64,000 nucleotides of DNA from Candidatus Poribacteria bacterium (GTDB lineage Bacteria; Poribacteria; WGA-4E; GCA-2687025), in contig OY762492.1 of assembly GCA_963665845.2 (NCBI GenBank), positions 1,216,001 through 1,280,000 of the forward strand, read 5' to 3'. The notes beneath the pieces were generated by a model that did no database searches, was not told the origin of the DNA, and saw only the letters and a list, made by a program, of their open reading frames with translations. The translations under genes and the position numbers were made by a program. Shown here in pieces: positions 8,033 through 17,634 of the stretch. Position 1 is the stretch's first letter, and every line of letters begins with the position of its first letter.

Positions 8033-10506
8033 ACCGCCTCGCTTACGCCGCATGCGCGCTGTTGACGGCGCTCTTCAGCTGCGCAGGTACGAAAACGGAG
8101 CTGCCGACTCAAACGGCGGCGCCGGCTGAAGTCGCCGGCGGATATGAAGCGCTCGTCCGCGGCGACTATGCTGAAGCGGCGGCGCTGCTGGAAACGGCTC
8201 TCCAAAAACAGCCCGACAACCTGTACGCGCTCGTCCATTTAGGGTTAGCGTATCAGCAGCTCGGCAGAACGGAGGAGGCGGTCGACGCGCTGGAGACGGC
8301 TCATCAGCGCGACCCAGAGCGGACGCAAAACGGAGCGGCGCTGCTGGACTACTACCTCGGCCTTGCGTATGAGGACGCGGGCAGGGACGGCGGCGCCGTC
8401 AACGCTTACGAACGCCATGCCGAACGCGACCCGACCGACCCGCTGCCGCGCGCGCAGCTCGGCGCCCTTTATGAACGGCGGAACGAGCTGGAGAAGGCGC
8501 GGCGGGAATTCGCGCTGGCGGCGCAGCTGGACCCGTCCAACGAAGCGGCGGCGCAAAACCTTGAGCGCGTCTTGCGCAAGATGCTGGACGCCGGCGCCGA
8601 TCCGTTTCCCGACATCGTCCCCGCCGTGCGCGTTCTGGAAACGGACGCCGCCGAGCGCATCGAAAACGCGCCGCATGCTGACGCGTACCCAAACGAGGAC
8701 GCGGTCATACTTTTCAACCGCTTGGAGCATGAGATTTTATCGGACGGGAGAGCGCGTTTCACAACGCATCTGGCGGTGAAGATCTTGCGCCGCCGCGCGA
8801 TTGCCGACTACGGCGAGATCGCCGTTCCATACAACTCCGCCGCGCAGAATATCCGCGTCAACAAGGCGCTGACCCGCCTCCCGGACGGAACCGCCATGCG
8901 CGTTCAGGACGACGCGATTCGGGACGTGACGCCGCGCGCCGCGCTCGCCTTCAACCTGTACTCCGATACGTTATGGAAGGTGATCTCCTTCCCCGCGCTC
9001 ATGCCGGGGGCGGTGGTGGAGTATCAGGTCACCGTCGAGGACGCGCAGCCGAGAGGAAGCGCGCAGAATATCTGGTTCTGGAACGACGTTCTGCTACAGG
9101 CGAAATACCGGACGCTCTCCGTCGAATACGGGCTGCGGACGCCTGAAGAAGTTGAGATCAAATGGAAGGCGTACCGCGCGGACGTTCAGTTTGAACGGCG
9201 GAAAGAGGGCGAAAACGCGGTTTATATCTGGAGTTACGGACCGGTTCCGCCTTATCTCCCTGAACCGAACAGCCCGCCGGCGGAGGAGACGGCGCCGCGC
9301 TTGACGCTCTCGTCCGTCGATTCATGGGACGCGATACACACCTGGTACCGTAGCCTGTTGAACGGGCGGGCGGATATGAGCGGCGCGCTTGCCAAAGCGG
9401 CGGGGGATGTTGCCGTCTCGCGCGGGACGCAGGAGGAGCGCATTCAGGCGTTGTGCGCATACGCGGCGCGGGAGCTGCGTTATGTGGCGATACAGCTCGG
9501 ACAAGGCGCCTATCAACCGCATACGGCGGTCGATTCGTTTGAGCGGCGTTACGGCGACTGCAAGGACAAGACGAATCTTCTCATATCGGCGCTGTCGCTT
9601 ATCGGGGTGGAGGCGCTGCCGGCGATCCTGAACCCAACCGACGGCGGCGCGGATGTCGACAAGGAGCTGCCGTCGTTGAGTCAGTTTAGCCACATGATAC
9701 TGGCGCTTCCGACCGGCGATGGAGAGTACCGCTGGTTCGACCCGACAAACGACGCGCTGCCCGTAGGCAAGCTGCCGGCGCGGAATCAGGGGCGCATGGC
9801 GCTGATACTGGCGCCGTCCGGCCCGGTCTGGCGGCGGACGCCGATCGACAAGGCGGAGGATAATCGACTTGACTGGACGCTGGAGGCGGAGCTGCGCGGC
9901 GACGGATCGCTGGAGGGGGTGGAAACGTTGATCGGGACAGGCTTGCGCGCGGGAGAGCTGCGCCGTCTCTACCGAACCGTGAATCCGAGCCGCATGCGCG
10001 AATATCTAGAGGAGCGGTTGAGCGGATCGTACCCCGGCGCGCAGGCGCTGGAATGGAGCGTGGACGGGTTAGAGGATGTCCAGGCGCCGATGCGCGTCCG
10101 CGTTCATTTTACGGCGAAGGATTATGCGCGGGTCAGCGGGGACGCCCTGATCGCGCCGATACCGGGCGCCGATCTGGACGCGCAGGCGGAAAGCGCGGCG
10201 CTTCAAACGCGAACAACGGCGTACCATCTGGGCGCCCCGATGGTCATGACGCGGCGCGTCCGCCTCAAACTGCCGGACGGGTTCGCCTTGTCCGCGCCTC
10301 CGCCGCGGTCGATTCAAAACGAATACGCCTCTTTCAAACGCGAATACCGCTTCGACGGACAGACGGCGCAATACGATTTTGAGTATGCCGCCCGTCTGCC
10401 GATGATTCCGCCTGAAGCGTATGCGCCGTTCAAGCGTCTTTTGGAATCGCTGGCGCAGGAGGAGAGCGCCGTTTTTCTGTTGGAGCTACGGGGCGGCGTT
10501 CCTTAA
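8029..10506 (+). CDS. Lipoprotein with TPR + DUF3857 + transglutaminase-like domains
   Basis: Lipobox LFSC, N-terminal TPRs, catalytic-type motifs GDCKDK, FSHMI and WFDPT. Confidence 0.8.
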   Translation: MNRLAYAACALLTALFSCAGTKTELPTQTAAPAEVAGGYEALVRGDYAEAAALLETALQKQPDNLYALVHLGLAYQQLGRTEEAVDALETAHQRDPERTQNGAALLDYYLGLAYEDAGRDGGAVNAYERHAERDPTDPLPRAQLGALYERRNELEKARREFALAAQLDPSNEAAAQNLERVLRKMLDAGADPFPDIVPAVRVLETDAAERIENAPHADAYPNEDAVILFNRLEHEILSDGRARFTTHLAVKILRRRAIADYGEIAVPYNSAAQNIRVNKALTRLPDGTAMRVQDDAIRDVTPRAALAFNLYSDTLWKVISFPALMPGAVVEYQVTVEDAQPRGSAQNIWFWNDVLLQAKYRTLSVEYGLRTPEEVEIKWKAYRADVQFERRKEGENAVYIWSYGPVPPYLPEPNSPPAEETAPRLTLSSVDSWDAIHTWYRSLLNGRADMSGALAKAAGDVAVSRGTQEERIQALCAYAARELRYVAIQLGQGAYQPHTAVDSFERRYGDCKDKTNLLISALSLIGVEALPAILNPTDGGADVDKELPSLSQFSHMILALPTGDGEYRWFDPTNDALPVGKLPARNQGRMALILAPSGPVWRRTPIDKAEDNRLDWTLEAELRGDGSLEGVETLIGTGLRAGELRRLYRTVNPSRMREYLEERLSGSYPGAQALEWSVDGLEDVQAPMRVRVHFTAKDYARVSGDALIAPIPGADLDAQAESAALQTRTTAYHLGAPMVMTRRVRLKLPDGFALSAPPPRSIQNEYASFKREYRFDGQTAQYDFEYAARLPMIPPEAYAPFKRLLESLAQEESAVFLLELRGGVP

Positions 10507-10527
10507 ACAAAACAAAGAAACCGGACG

Positions 10528-11145
10528 ATGAACGCTGTCAATCCGCCCATGGAACCGTCGGAAGTGGAGCTGGACCTGCTGAAGCTCCCGCGCCTGCTCT
10601 CTTGGGAGGAGGCGTTTGGAAACGGCAATCCTGTTGAGCTGGACATCGGCTGCGGGCGCGGGCGATTCATCATAGAGGCGGCGCAGGCGCGCCCGAATGT
10701 GAACTATCTTGGAATCGATGTGTCGGGGAAGTCGCTGCGTCTCGCAAAGCAACGCATCGCCAAGCGCGGCATCCAAAACGCGAAGACGATATGGGGGGAC
10801 GCGCGCCGTTTCATCGCGGAGCGGGTCGGGGACGGGTCGCTTGACGCGGCGCATCTGCTGTTTCCCGACCCTTGGCCGAAGAGCCGTCACCGAAAGCGGC
10901 GCGTGGCGACCCCTGAATTTGCGGCGGAGCTGCGGCGCGTTTTGGGGCGGGGGCGTCCGTTTCATGTGGCGACCGACATCGCCGATTACTTTGACGAACT
11001 GCTGGAAGCGGTTGCGGCGGGCGGACATTTTGAGATCGTCTCGGAGGGCTTATACGATCCCGAACGTCAGTTTTTGACAAATTATGCGGCAAAATATCTG
11101 GAGCAGGGGCGCGAGATGCATTACGCGCGCCTGCGCAGCGTGTGA
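10528..11145 (+). CDS. trmB: tRNA (guanine-N7)-methyltransferase
   Basis: ELDIGCGRG, FPDPWPKSRHRKRR, ATD...YF, TNY..KY. Confidence 0.92.
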   Translation: MNAVNPPMEPSEVELDLLKLPRLLSWEEAFGNGNPVELDIGCGRGRFIIEAAQARPNVNYLGIDVSGKSLRLAKQRIAKRGIQNAKTIWGDARRFIAERVGDGSLDAAHLLFPDPWPKSRHRKRRVATPEFAAELRRVLGRGRPFHVATDIADYFDELLEAVAAGGHFEIVSEGLYDPERQFLTNYAAKYLEQGREMHYARLRSV

Positions 11146-11162
11146 AACCTGGGGCTGCGCTT

Positions 11163-11191
11163 TTGCGTTTTCTCTCTTGTTTATGTATAAT
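11163..11191 (+). promoter_or_regulatory. Candidate sigma70 promoter upstream of DAHP synthase
   Basis: TTGCGT-17 bp-TATAAT in an AT-rich intergenic stretch. Confidence 0.55.
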
Positions 11192-11298
11192 AGAAACGTC
11201 GGGGGTTGCGTCTTTGCGCTCCTTCGGGTTACGATATAGGCTTGTGTGGACGCGGAACCGCGCCGGCGGGGAAAGCGTCAAGAGACAGGAGACAGCCG

Positions 11299-12429
11299 AT
11301 GATTGTCAAAATGCGCAGCGTCGCAACGGATCGTGAAATACACGCCGTTGAGGCGCGGCTAAGCGAACTAGGTTACAACACGGGAAAATTGACCGGCACC
11401 GATCATACGCTGATTGGAGTGTACGGCGACATTTCCCAACTGCCGCATACGGACATTTCCAAAATGTCCGGCGTGGAACAGCTGATTCAGATCTCCCGAA
11501 AATATAAACGGGCGGCTCAAAAAGGGGACCCGCTCAACCTTCACTATTCCTCTTTCAACATCGGCAGCATCCCGATCGGGGACAGCCTCGTCGTCATTGC
11601 CGGTCCGTGTTCGGTTGAAAGCGAGGCGCAGATCATGGAATCCGCGCATATGGCGAAGGAGGCAGGCGCGCACATACTCCGAGGCGGAGTCCACAAATAC
11701 AGGTCTAGCCCCTACAGCGGCTGGGAAGGCATCGGCTCCGAATCGAAACAAGCGCTCAAAGAAGGGCTGGATCTGATTGTCAAGGCGGGCAGAGAGACCG
11801 ATATGCCGACCGCCGTCGAGATACTTGACCATACGACCATCCCGCTGTTTGAAGACTGCGGGGTCGACTGCCTGCAGATCGGAGAGCCGAACAGCCGAAA
11901 CACGGTACTGCTGAACGAGCTGCGCAACACGGAGCTGCCGGTGATCCACAAGCGCGGGCATTCTCTGGACGCCGAAGAGTATCTGCTCTGGGCGGAGCGC
12001 ATGATGGTGCGCGGCAAGGAGAACATCATCCTGTGCGAGCGCGGCATACGCAGCCACACAAAATACACGCGCAACACCCTGGACCTGGGAACGGTCGCGG
12101 CGTTCCATTATCAGCTGACGGGGCTGCCGGTCGCGGTGGATGCCTCGCATGGGTCGGGAATACGCGACCTTGTGCATCCGCTCTCGGTGGCGAGCGTCTT
12201 TTGCGGGGCGAGCGTCCTGATTGCCGAGGCGCATCCGAACCCGATGATCGCCAAGTCGGACGGGTTCCAGGCGCTGTTTCCAGAGCAGCTGCGCAATCTG
12301 ATTCGGGCGGCGACAGACGCTTGGAAGCTGCGCGAGAACATGAAGGACCTGTATATTCCGTCCAGAGCGCTGGAGCAGACCTACGAGAGCCGCGTGGAGA
12401 AGGACGCGGCGCGTTTCTTTGGAGAGTAG
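11299..12429 (+). CDS. aroF: DAHP synthase type I-beta with N-terminal ACT/ferredoxin-like regulatory domain (divergent)
   Basis: IAGPCSVE, KRG, CERGIR, NTLD, DASH, EAHPNP..SDG. AGGAG RBS before ATG 11299. Confidence 0.8.
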   Translation: MIVKMRSVATDREIHAVEARLSELGYNTGKLTGTDHTLIGVYGDISQLPHTDISKMSGVEQLIQISRKYKRAAQKGDPLNLHYSSFNIGSIPIGDSLVVIAGPCSVESEAQIMESAHMAKEAGAHILRGGVHKYRSSPYSGWEGIGSESKQALKEGLDLIVKAGRETDMPTAVEILDHTTIPLFEDCGVDCLQIGEPNSRNTVLLNELRNTELPVIHKRGHSLDAEEYLLWAERMMVRGKENIILCERGIRSHTKYTRNTLDLGTVAAFHYQLTGLPVAVDASHGSGIRDLVHPLSVASVFCGASVLIAEAHPNPMIAKSDGFQALFPEQLRNLIRAATDAWKLRENMKDLYIPSRALEQTYESRVEKDAARFFGE

Positions 12430-12432
12430 CGG

Positions 12433-12771
12433 ATGGGCGTCTCGAAGGTGAGCGCGCTGCGGGAGATACGCCCTTTTGAGGGGGTGTCGCTGCGGGTGTT
12501 AGCGGGCGCGCGGGGCATGCTCTCGTTCGTCTATTTTGAGCCGGACGGGGTTGTCCCGCCCCATTCGCATCCGCATGAGCAGATGGGCGTCGCGCTGGAG
12601 GGTTCGTTTGAGTTGACCATCGGGGATGAAACGCGCGTCGTTCAGGAGGGGGACATCTGGCATATCTTGCCGAATGTTGTGCATAGCGCCCGCGCGCTAG
12701 GCGAAAAAGCGGCGGCGCTGGATATTTTTGTGCCGCCGCGGGAGGATTACGCTGTCCTGGCGAAGCAGTAA
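12433..12771 (+). CDS. Cupin domain protein
   Basis: PPHSHPHEQ ... PNVVHS ... DIFVPPREDY. Confidence 0.85.
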   Translation: MGVSKVSALREIRPFEGVSLRVLAGARGMLSFVYFEPDGVVPPHSHPHEQMGVALEGSFELTIGDETRVVQEGDIWHILPNVVHSARALGEKAAALDIFVPPREDYAVLAKQ

Positions 12772-12788
12772 AACCGCTCTGTTCCCAA

Positions 12789-13017
12789 ATAGCCTGCCCC
12801 CGTGAAAACGGGGTCATTCCCGCGCAAGCGGGAATCTTAGACCGTAGCCAGCGCAGTTGTCGTCTGAACTAGGATTGCCAAGATTGAAAAGATTGCCAGG
12901 AGAATTCTTGCAGACCGTTATCTTGGCAATCTTAGCAATCCTTTAATCCTAGTTCAAAACCGACTCCAACCCGCGCGCTAAAACCCCCTAGCCCCTTTTC
13001 AAGGGGAATTGGACGCG
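12789..13017. repeat. BIME-like mosaic: REP-A hairpin + 92-bp palindrome (12865-12956) + REP-B
   Basis: ATAGCCTGCCCCCGTGAAAACGGGGTCATTCCCGCGCAAGCGGGAATCTTA is near-identical to 57902-57952. Palindrome TGAACTAGGATT...AATCCTAGTTCA. REP-B at ~12979. Confidence 0.8.
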
Positions 13018-13083
13018 CTCCTTGCATGAACAGCCTATGCAGGTGTACACTTTCATGCAAACGGCAAAGGAGCCATCGAACGT

Positions 13084-14331
13084 ATGAAAGCGTCCATTCG
13101 GGTTGTTGTCATCGGCGGAGGGGTGATCGGCGCCGCTTCGGCGTTGGAGCTGGCGCGCGGCGGGCGGTTTCATGTGTCGGTCGTTGAACGGCTGCCGCAG
13201 ACCGCCGCCGGTTCCACCGCCGCTTCGACCGCCATCATCCGCCAGTTCTACCGCAGCGGCGAATCGGTCAAGCTGGCGAGGTCGGGGCTGCATGTCTGGC
13301 GCGATTGGCGCGGCTGGCTCGGCGGCGCGCCCGACCCTCCGCTCGCGCAGTTTCACAACGCGGGCGCGCTCTGGATCTTCCCCGAAACAAGCCGCGCCAA
13401 AGAGACGCCGCATATTCAAGAGTGCATGCGCCTCGGCGTTCAGATAGAGCTTCTGACGCTGGAGCGAATGCGGGAGCGTTTCCCCGTCTTCCATTTTTTA
13501 GACGAACCGCGCGTCTTCGGCATGTTGGAAACGGAAGCGGGTTATGTGGACATGCCGTCGCTGGCGGCGCAAAATATGATGGACGCGGCGCTGGCGACAG
13601 GAAACGCGCGTCTCTATCTGAACGCGCAGGCGGTCGATTTTCCGGAGAACGGCGTCGTCATCAACCAGAACGGAGAGCGGAAAACGATAGAAGCGGACGC
13701 TGTCCTGAACGCGGCGGGTCCGCATTCGTACCATGTGAACGCGCTGGCGGGATGTCCGCTCCCGCTGACGACCGCGCCAAACAGACAGCAGTTTATCGAC
13801 GCGCGCGAGACGAACGCGCTGACGCGTCATCCCGACGCGCCGCTCTGCATCGACCTTCTGAACGGCTTTTATATGAAGCCTGACGCGCGGCGGTTTCGCG
13901 TCGGGGCGATTCTTCCTAAAGACGAGCGCGATTTTATCCCCGATCCTGATCGGTTTGACGAACGTCTGTCAGATGCATTTGCCGAGGAAAAAACGCGCGC
14001 GCTGCGTCGGCGCATGCCGGAGGCGCAGCTGGAAGAGGCGGGCGGAGGAGCCGCTTTATATGACGTAACGGCCGCCGACTGGAAGCCTATCATTGACAAA
14101 ATGGACAGAGAAGGGTATTTTGCGGCGGTCGGGACAAGCGGCGCATGGTTCAAGGGCGCGCCGGCGATTGGACGGCTGGCGGAGCGTCTCATCAGCGCCA
14201 ACCTGCTGGACGGTATCGACACGGACGCGGCGCCGTTGACGATTCCGCTGCCGTACACGGAGCAGGAGCTGGACATGCGCGCCTTTTCGCGCCATCGAAC
14301 CCCAGGACATGAAGGCGGAGTCATCGGATGA
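13084..14331 (+). CDS. FAD-dependent oxidoreductase (DAO/sarcosine oxidase beta-like)
   Basis: VVVIGGGVIG Rossmann motif, GST..S..IIR, NAAGP, YDVTAD..PII, G.WFKGAPAIG. Confidence 0.85.
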   Translation: MKASIRVVVIGGGVIGAASALELARGGRFHVSVVERLPQTAAGSTAASTAIIRQFYRSGESVKLARSGLHVWRDWRGWLGGAPDPPLAQFHNAGALWIFPETSRAKETPHIQECMRLGVQIELLTLERMRERFPVFHFLDEPRVFGMLETEAGYVDMPSLAAQNMMDAALATGNARLYLNAQAVDFPENGVVINQNGERKTIEADAVLNAAGPHSYHVNALAGCPLPLTTAPNRQQFIDARETNALTRHPDAPLCIDLLNGFYMKPDARRFRVGAILPKDERDFIPDPDRFDERLSDAFAEEKTRALRRRMPEAQLEEAGGGAALYDVTAADWKPIIDKMDREGYFAAVGTSGAWFKGAPAIGRLAERLISANLLDGIDTDAAPLTIPLPYTEQELDMRAFSRHRTPGHEGGVIG

Positions 14332-14635
14332 AGCGAGGCGCCATACCGTTGGAGCAGTTGACGATTGACAAAATGGACAGAGAAGGGTATTTTGCGGCGG
14401 TCGGGACAAGCGGCGCATGGTTCAAGGGCGCGCCGGCGATTGGACGGCTGGCGGAGCGTCTCATCAGCGCCAACCTGCTGGACGGTATCGACACGGACGC
14501 GGCGCCGTTGACGATTCCGCTGCCGTACACGGAGCAGGAGCTGGACATGCGCGCCTTTTCGCGCCATCGAACCCCAGGACCTGAAGGCGGAGTCATCGGA
14601 TGAAGCGAGGCGCCATACCGTTGGAGCAGTTGACG
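14092..14635. repeat. 272-bp tandem duplication spanning the oxidoreductase 3' end and queG 5' end
   Basis: 14092-14363 matches 14364-14635 with one mismatch seen (14309 A vs 14581 C). Confidence 0.95.
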
Positions 14636-15775
14636 GAGGCGGCGCGCCGCTTCGGTTTTGACGCCGCCGGCGCGGCGCCTGCCGTTCCGTATCCGCGCGC
14701 CGATTTTCTGGACGAGTGGCTGCGCCAAAAACGGCACGGCTCCATGGAATACCTAGCGCGAACGCCTGAACGGCGCAAAGACCCGCGCCGGATTGTTCCA
14801 AACGCCAAGACGGTTGTCTGCGCCGCGAAGCGTTACCGCCCCGACCTTCCCCCGCAGGAAGAAAACGCCGAAACGGACGGCGGCCTGCGCGGAACGGTCG
14901 CCTCCTACGCCTGGGGATACGACTACCATGATGTCATGCGCAAGCCGCTGCTGGAGCTGCAGACCTGGATTCATGAGCGCGCCGGACCCGACACGGAAAG
15001 CCGGCCGTATATCGACACCGGACCGATTCTGGAGCGGCCGGCGGCGTCGCTGGCGGGGCTTGGATGGATCGGCAAGAACACGCTTCTGCTGAACCGCTCG
15101 CTCGGCTCCTACTTTTTCTTGGGTGAAATCATCACGACCGCCGAGATCGAAACGGGCGCGCCGACTCCCGACCATTGCGGCTCATGCGTCCGCTGCCTTG
15201 AAGCATGCCCGACCGACGCCTTCCCAGAGCCGTATGTCATGGACGCTTCCAAATGCGTCTCTTATCTCACCATTGAGCGGCGCGGAGCGATGCCGCTGGA
15301 GCTGCGGGACGGCGTCGGCGATATGGTCTTTGGATGCGACATCTGCCAAGAGGTGTGTCCCTGGAACCGCCCGTCCAACCGCGAGGCGCCCGACGACGCG
15401 GACGAATACGCCCCGCGCGGCGATGTGCTGCCGGATTGGCCGAACCCGAATCTGGAAGATCTGATGCTTTTAGACGACGAAGACTTCCGCGAGCGGTTTC
15501 GCGGAAGCCCCGTCAAACGAACGAAGCGGCGCGGCTTGCTTCGAAACGCGGCGGTCGCCCTCGGCAACGCGCGCGACCCGCGCGCTGTCCCCGCCTTGAG
15601 AGTCGGGTTGAGCGACGAGGAGCCGCTTGTCCGCAGCCACTCCGCCTGGGCGCTTGGAAAGATCGGCGGAGAGGCTGCCGTCAACGCCCTGAACGAACGC
15701 GCCGAGATTGAAACGGACGCGGAGGTTCAGGGCGAGATCGAACGCGCGCTCACTTCGGCGTCAGCTGCGCGCTAG
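14600..15775 (+). CDS. queG: tRNA epoxyqueuosine(34) reductase
   Basis: YAWGYDYH, IDTGPILER, GWIGKN, CGSCVRCLEACPT, GCDICQEVCPWN and C-terminal HEAT repeats. Confidence 0.95.
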   Translation: MKRGAIPLEQLTEAARRFGFDAAGAAPAVPYPRADFLDEWLRQKRHGSMEYLARTPERRKDPRRIVPNAKTVVCAAKRYRPDLPPQEENAETDGGLRGTVASYAWGYDYHDVMRKPLLELQTWIHERAGPDTESRPYIDTGPILERPAASLAGLGWIGKNTLLLNRSLGSYFFLGEIITTAEIETGAPTPDHCGSCVRCLEACPTDAFPEPYVMDASKCVSYLTIERRGAMPLELRDGVGDMVFGCDICQEVCPWNRPSNREAPDDADEYAPRGDVLPDWPNPNLEDLMLLDDEDFRERFRGSPVKRTKRRGLLRNAAVALGNARDPRAVPALRVGLSDEEPLVRSHSAWALGKIGGEAAVNALNERAEIETDAEVQGEIERALTSASAAR

Positions 15776-16706
15776 TGGAGTCCAACACCTTCAACGCGAC
15801 CCCCGGAAGCCCGATGTCGTCATCCTCTATCATTTCAAACTCCGCATTTAATACCATCCCGCTTTCGTATTGAACCGCCAGACCGGTCGCCGTATCGACG
15901 ATGTAATAGCCGTTGAGGGTTCCGGTCGCCTCTTCATACGTCGCTTCTTGGTCGACGCCTGGGACGTCGGTCTTGACGTCGATTTCGGCGCTGAGCGTTC
16001 CATCGAACTCCACCCGCGCCAGCGCGCCGTCCACCGACGCAAGCGAGTAGGTCAGGTCAGCCATGACGCCCGGCGACGCTTCCCGTTTGCCTTTCCATGC
16101 GTCGCCGACATACATGTTGCTTGGCGCATGCGGCGCATAGAGGGCGCTGAGCGTCAGCTCCCACTGCTTCGCTATTGACGGATCGATGAACGTATCGGCG
16201 GCGTTTTGCTCATCGCCGGACAGGTCTTGCGCCGCTGCCTCCATCGCCTCAAACATCTCGTCGATGCCGTCCCACTCTCCAGGCTGCCCGTTTTCATCGA
16301 TCCGAGCGCTGAAAACCTTGCCGACCAGCGTCTGATAGATCAGGTTGACGAATGCCATCGGCGGCCCGGGCGACCCGTCCGGGAGATGGACGACAGGCGC
16401 GATGGACGCCTCCTTGACCGCGTACACGGCGGAGGCTCCTCCGCCCTCGCCAACGATAAAATCCACATCCAATTTCAGATTGACCTCATGGTCATATGCA
16501 ATCGGCGCGCCGAAGAAGTCGAGCCGAACATTGGTGTCGATGCGGAGGTTCAGCTCATGGCTGGTTCCCAATACCTGTACCGTGTCGAAGCTGTAGTTGA
16601 TCGGACCGACTCGATTTCCTCCGTTGCCGTTGTCGTCTTCTCCGCATCCGGAGGCGGCAACCAGCAGACAGGCGAGCGCGGCGGTCGTCAACGAGCGAAG
16701 TTTCAC
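15750..16706 (-). CDS. Hypothetical lipoprotein (DUF6263-like beta-rich)
   Basis: GTG start at 16706 after AAAGGAG; lipobox ASGC; VGDAWK and G.Y.VD..TG motifs. Confidence 0.55.
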   Translation of the reverse strand: MKLRSLTTAALACLLVAASGCGEDDNGNGGNRVGPINYSFDTVQVLGTSHELNLRIDTNVRLDFFGAPIAYDHEVNLKLDVDFIVGEGGGASAVYAVKEASIAPVVHLPDGSPGPPMAFVNLIYQTLVGKVFSARIDENGQPGEWDGIDEMFEAMEAAAQDLSGDEQNAADTFIDPSIAKQWELTLSALYAPHAPSNMYVGDAWKGKREASPGVMADLTYSLASVDGALARVEFDGTLSAEIDVKTDVPGVDQEATYEEATGTLNGYYIVDTATGLAVQYESGMVLNAEFEMIEDDDIGLPGVALKVLDSTSAQLTPK

Positions 16707-16872
16707 GATGCGGCTCCTTTCAAAGAGCGGGCGGGCGATGTTTCTCGATCTGCATAAAGAACGATAACGGCGCTGGATAGGTTTACCATATTCCAAAACG
16801 CTCCCCAACTAAAGACGTGAGGTCGGAGATGGATTCGTTGCCAATCCGCCGCTTTCGGCATATCATATAGGC

Positions 16873-17634
16873 ATGATCAAACGAAAAAAACCGCGCGACA
16901 TACGCATGATGAAACAGGCGGGCAAGATCGCCTCCGAGGCGCTGCTTGCCGTTGAAGACAAAATCGCCCCCGGCGTCTCCACATATGAGCTGGACGCGTC
17001 CGCCCGGGAAACGATTCTCAAAGCGGGCGCCTACCCGGCGTTTCTCGGATATGAGGGATTCCCCGCCTCCATCTGCGCCTCCATCAACGAAGAGGTCGTC
17101 CACGGCATCCCGTCCAAAGAGCGCGTTCTGAACGAAGGCGACATTGTCGGCATCGATGTCGGAGCCGTCTATAAAGGCTACCACGGCGACAACGCCAAAA
17201 CCTACGCTGTCGGAAATGTAAAGCATGACGCCGAACGCCTGCTCAAAACGACGCGCGAATCGCTCTACGCCGGCATCCACGCGCTCAAACCGAACGCCCC
17301 TCTCGGAGCCTACTCCAACGCCGTTCAGACGCATGCGGAAGGCGAAGGCTTCTCCGTCGTGCGCGTCTATGCGGGGCATGGCATCGGAAAAAATCTGCAT
17401 GAGCCGCCGACCGTCCCCAACTACGGACGCCCTCAAGACGGACCGATCCTGCGCCCCGGAACGATTCTCGCCCTTGAGCCGATGATCAACGAAGGCTCCG
17501 CCGATGTCGAATCGCTCTCGGACGGCTGGACGGTCGTCACCGCCGACCGAAAACTTTCCGCCCACTTTGAACATACGGTCGTCCTGCTCTCGGACGGCGT
17601 CGAAATACTCACGACCTGGGATCAAGCCTTATGA
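16873..17634 (+). CDS. map: Type I methionine aminopeptidase
   Basis: SINEEVVHGIP, IDVG..GYHGD, GHGIG..LHE, LEPM, SAHFEHT. Confidence 0.97.
   Translation: MIKRKKPRDIRMMKQAGKIASEALLAVEDKIAPGVSTYELDASARETILKAGAYPAFLGYEGFPASICASINEEVVHGIPSKERVLNEGDIVGIDVGAVYKGYHGDNAKTYAVGNVKHDAERLLKTTRESLYAGIHALKPNAPLGAYSNAVQTHAEGEGFSVVRVYAGHGIGKNLHEPPTVPNYGRPQDGPILRPGTILALEPMINEGSADVESLSDGWTVVTADRKLSAHFEHTVVLLSDGVEILTTWDQAL

Noticed and set aside
14328-14603. 91-aa ORF as an independent gene
   Set aside because: It is entirely a by-product of the 272-bp duplication.
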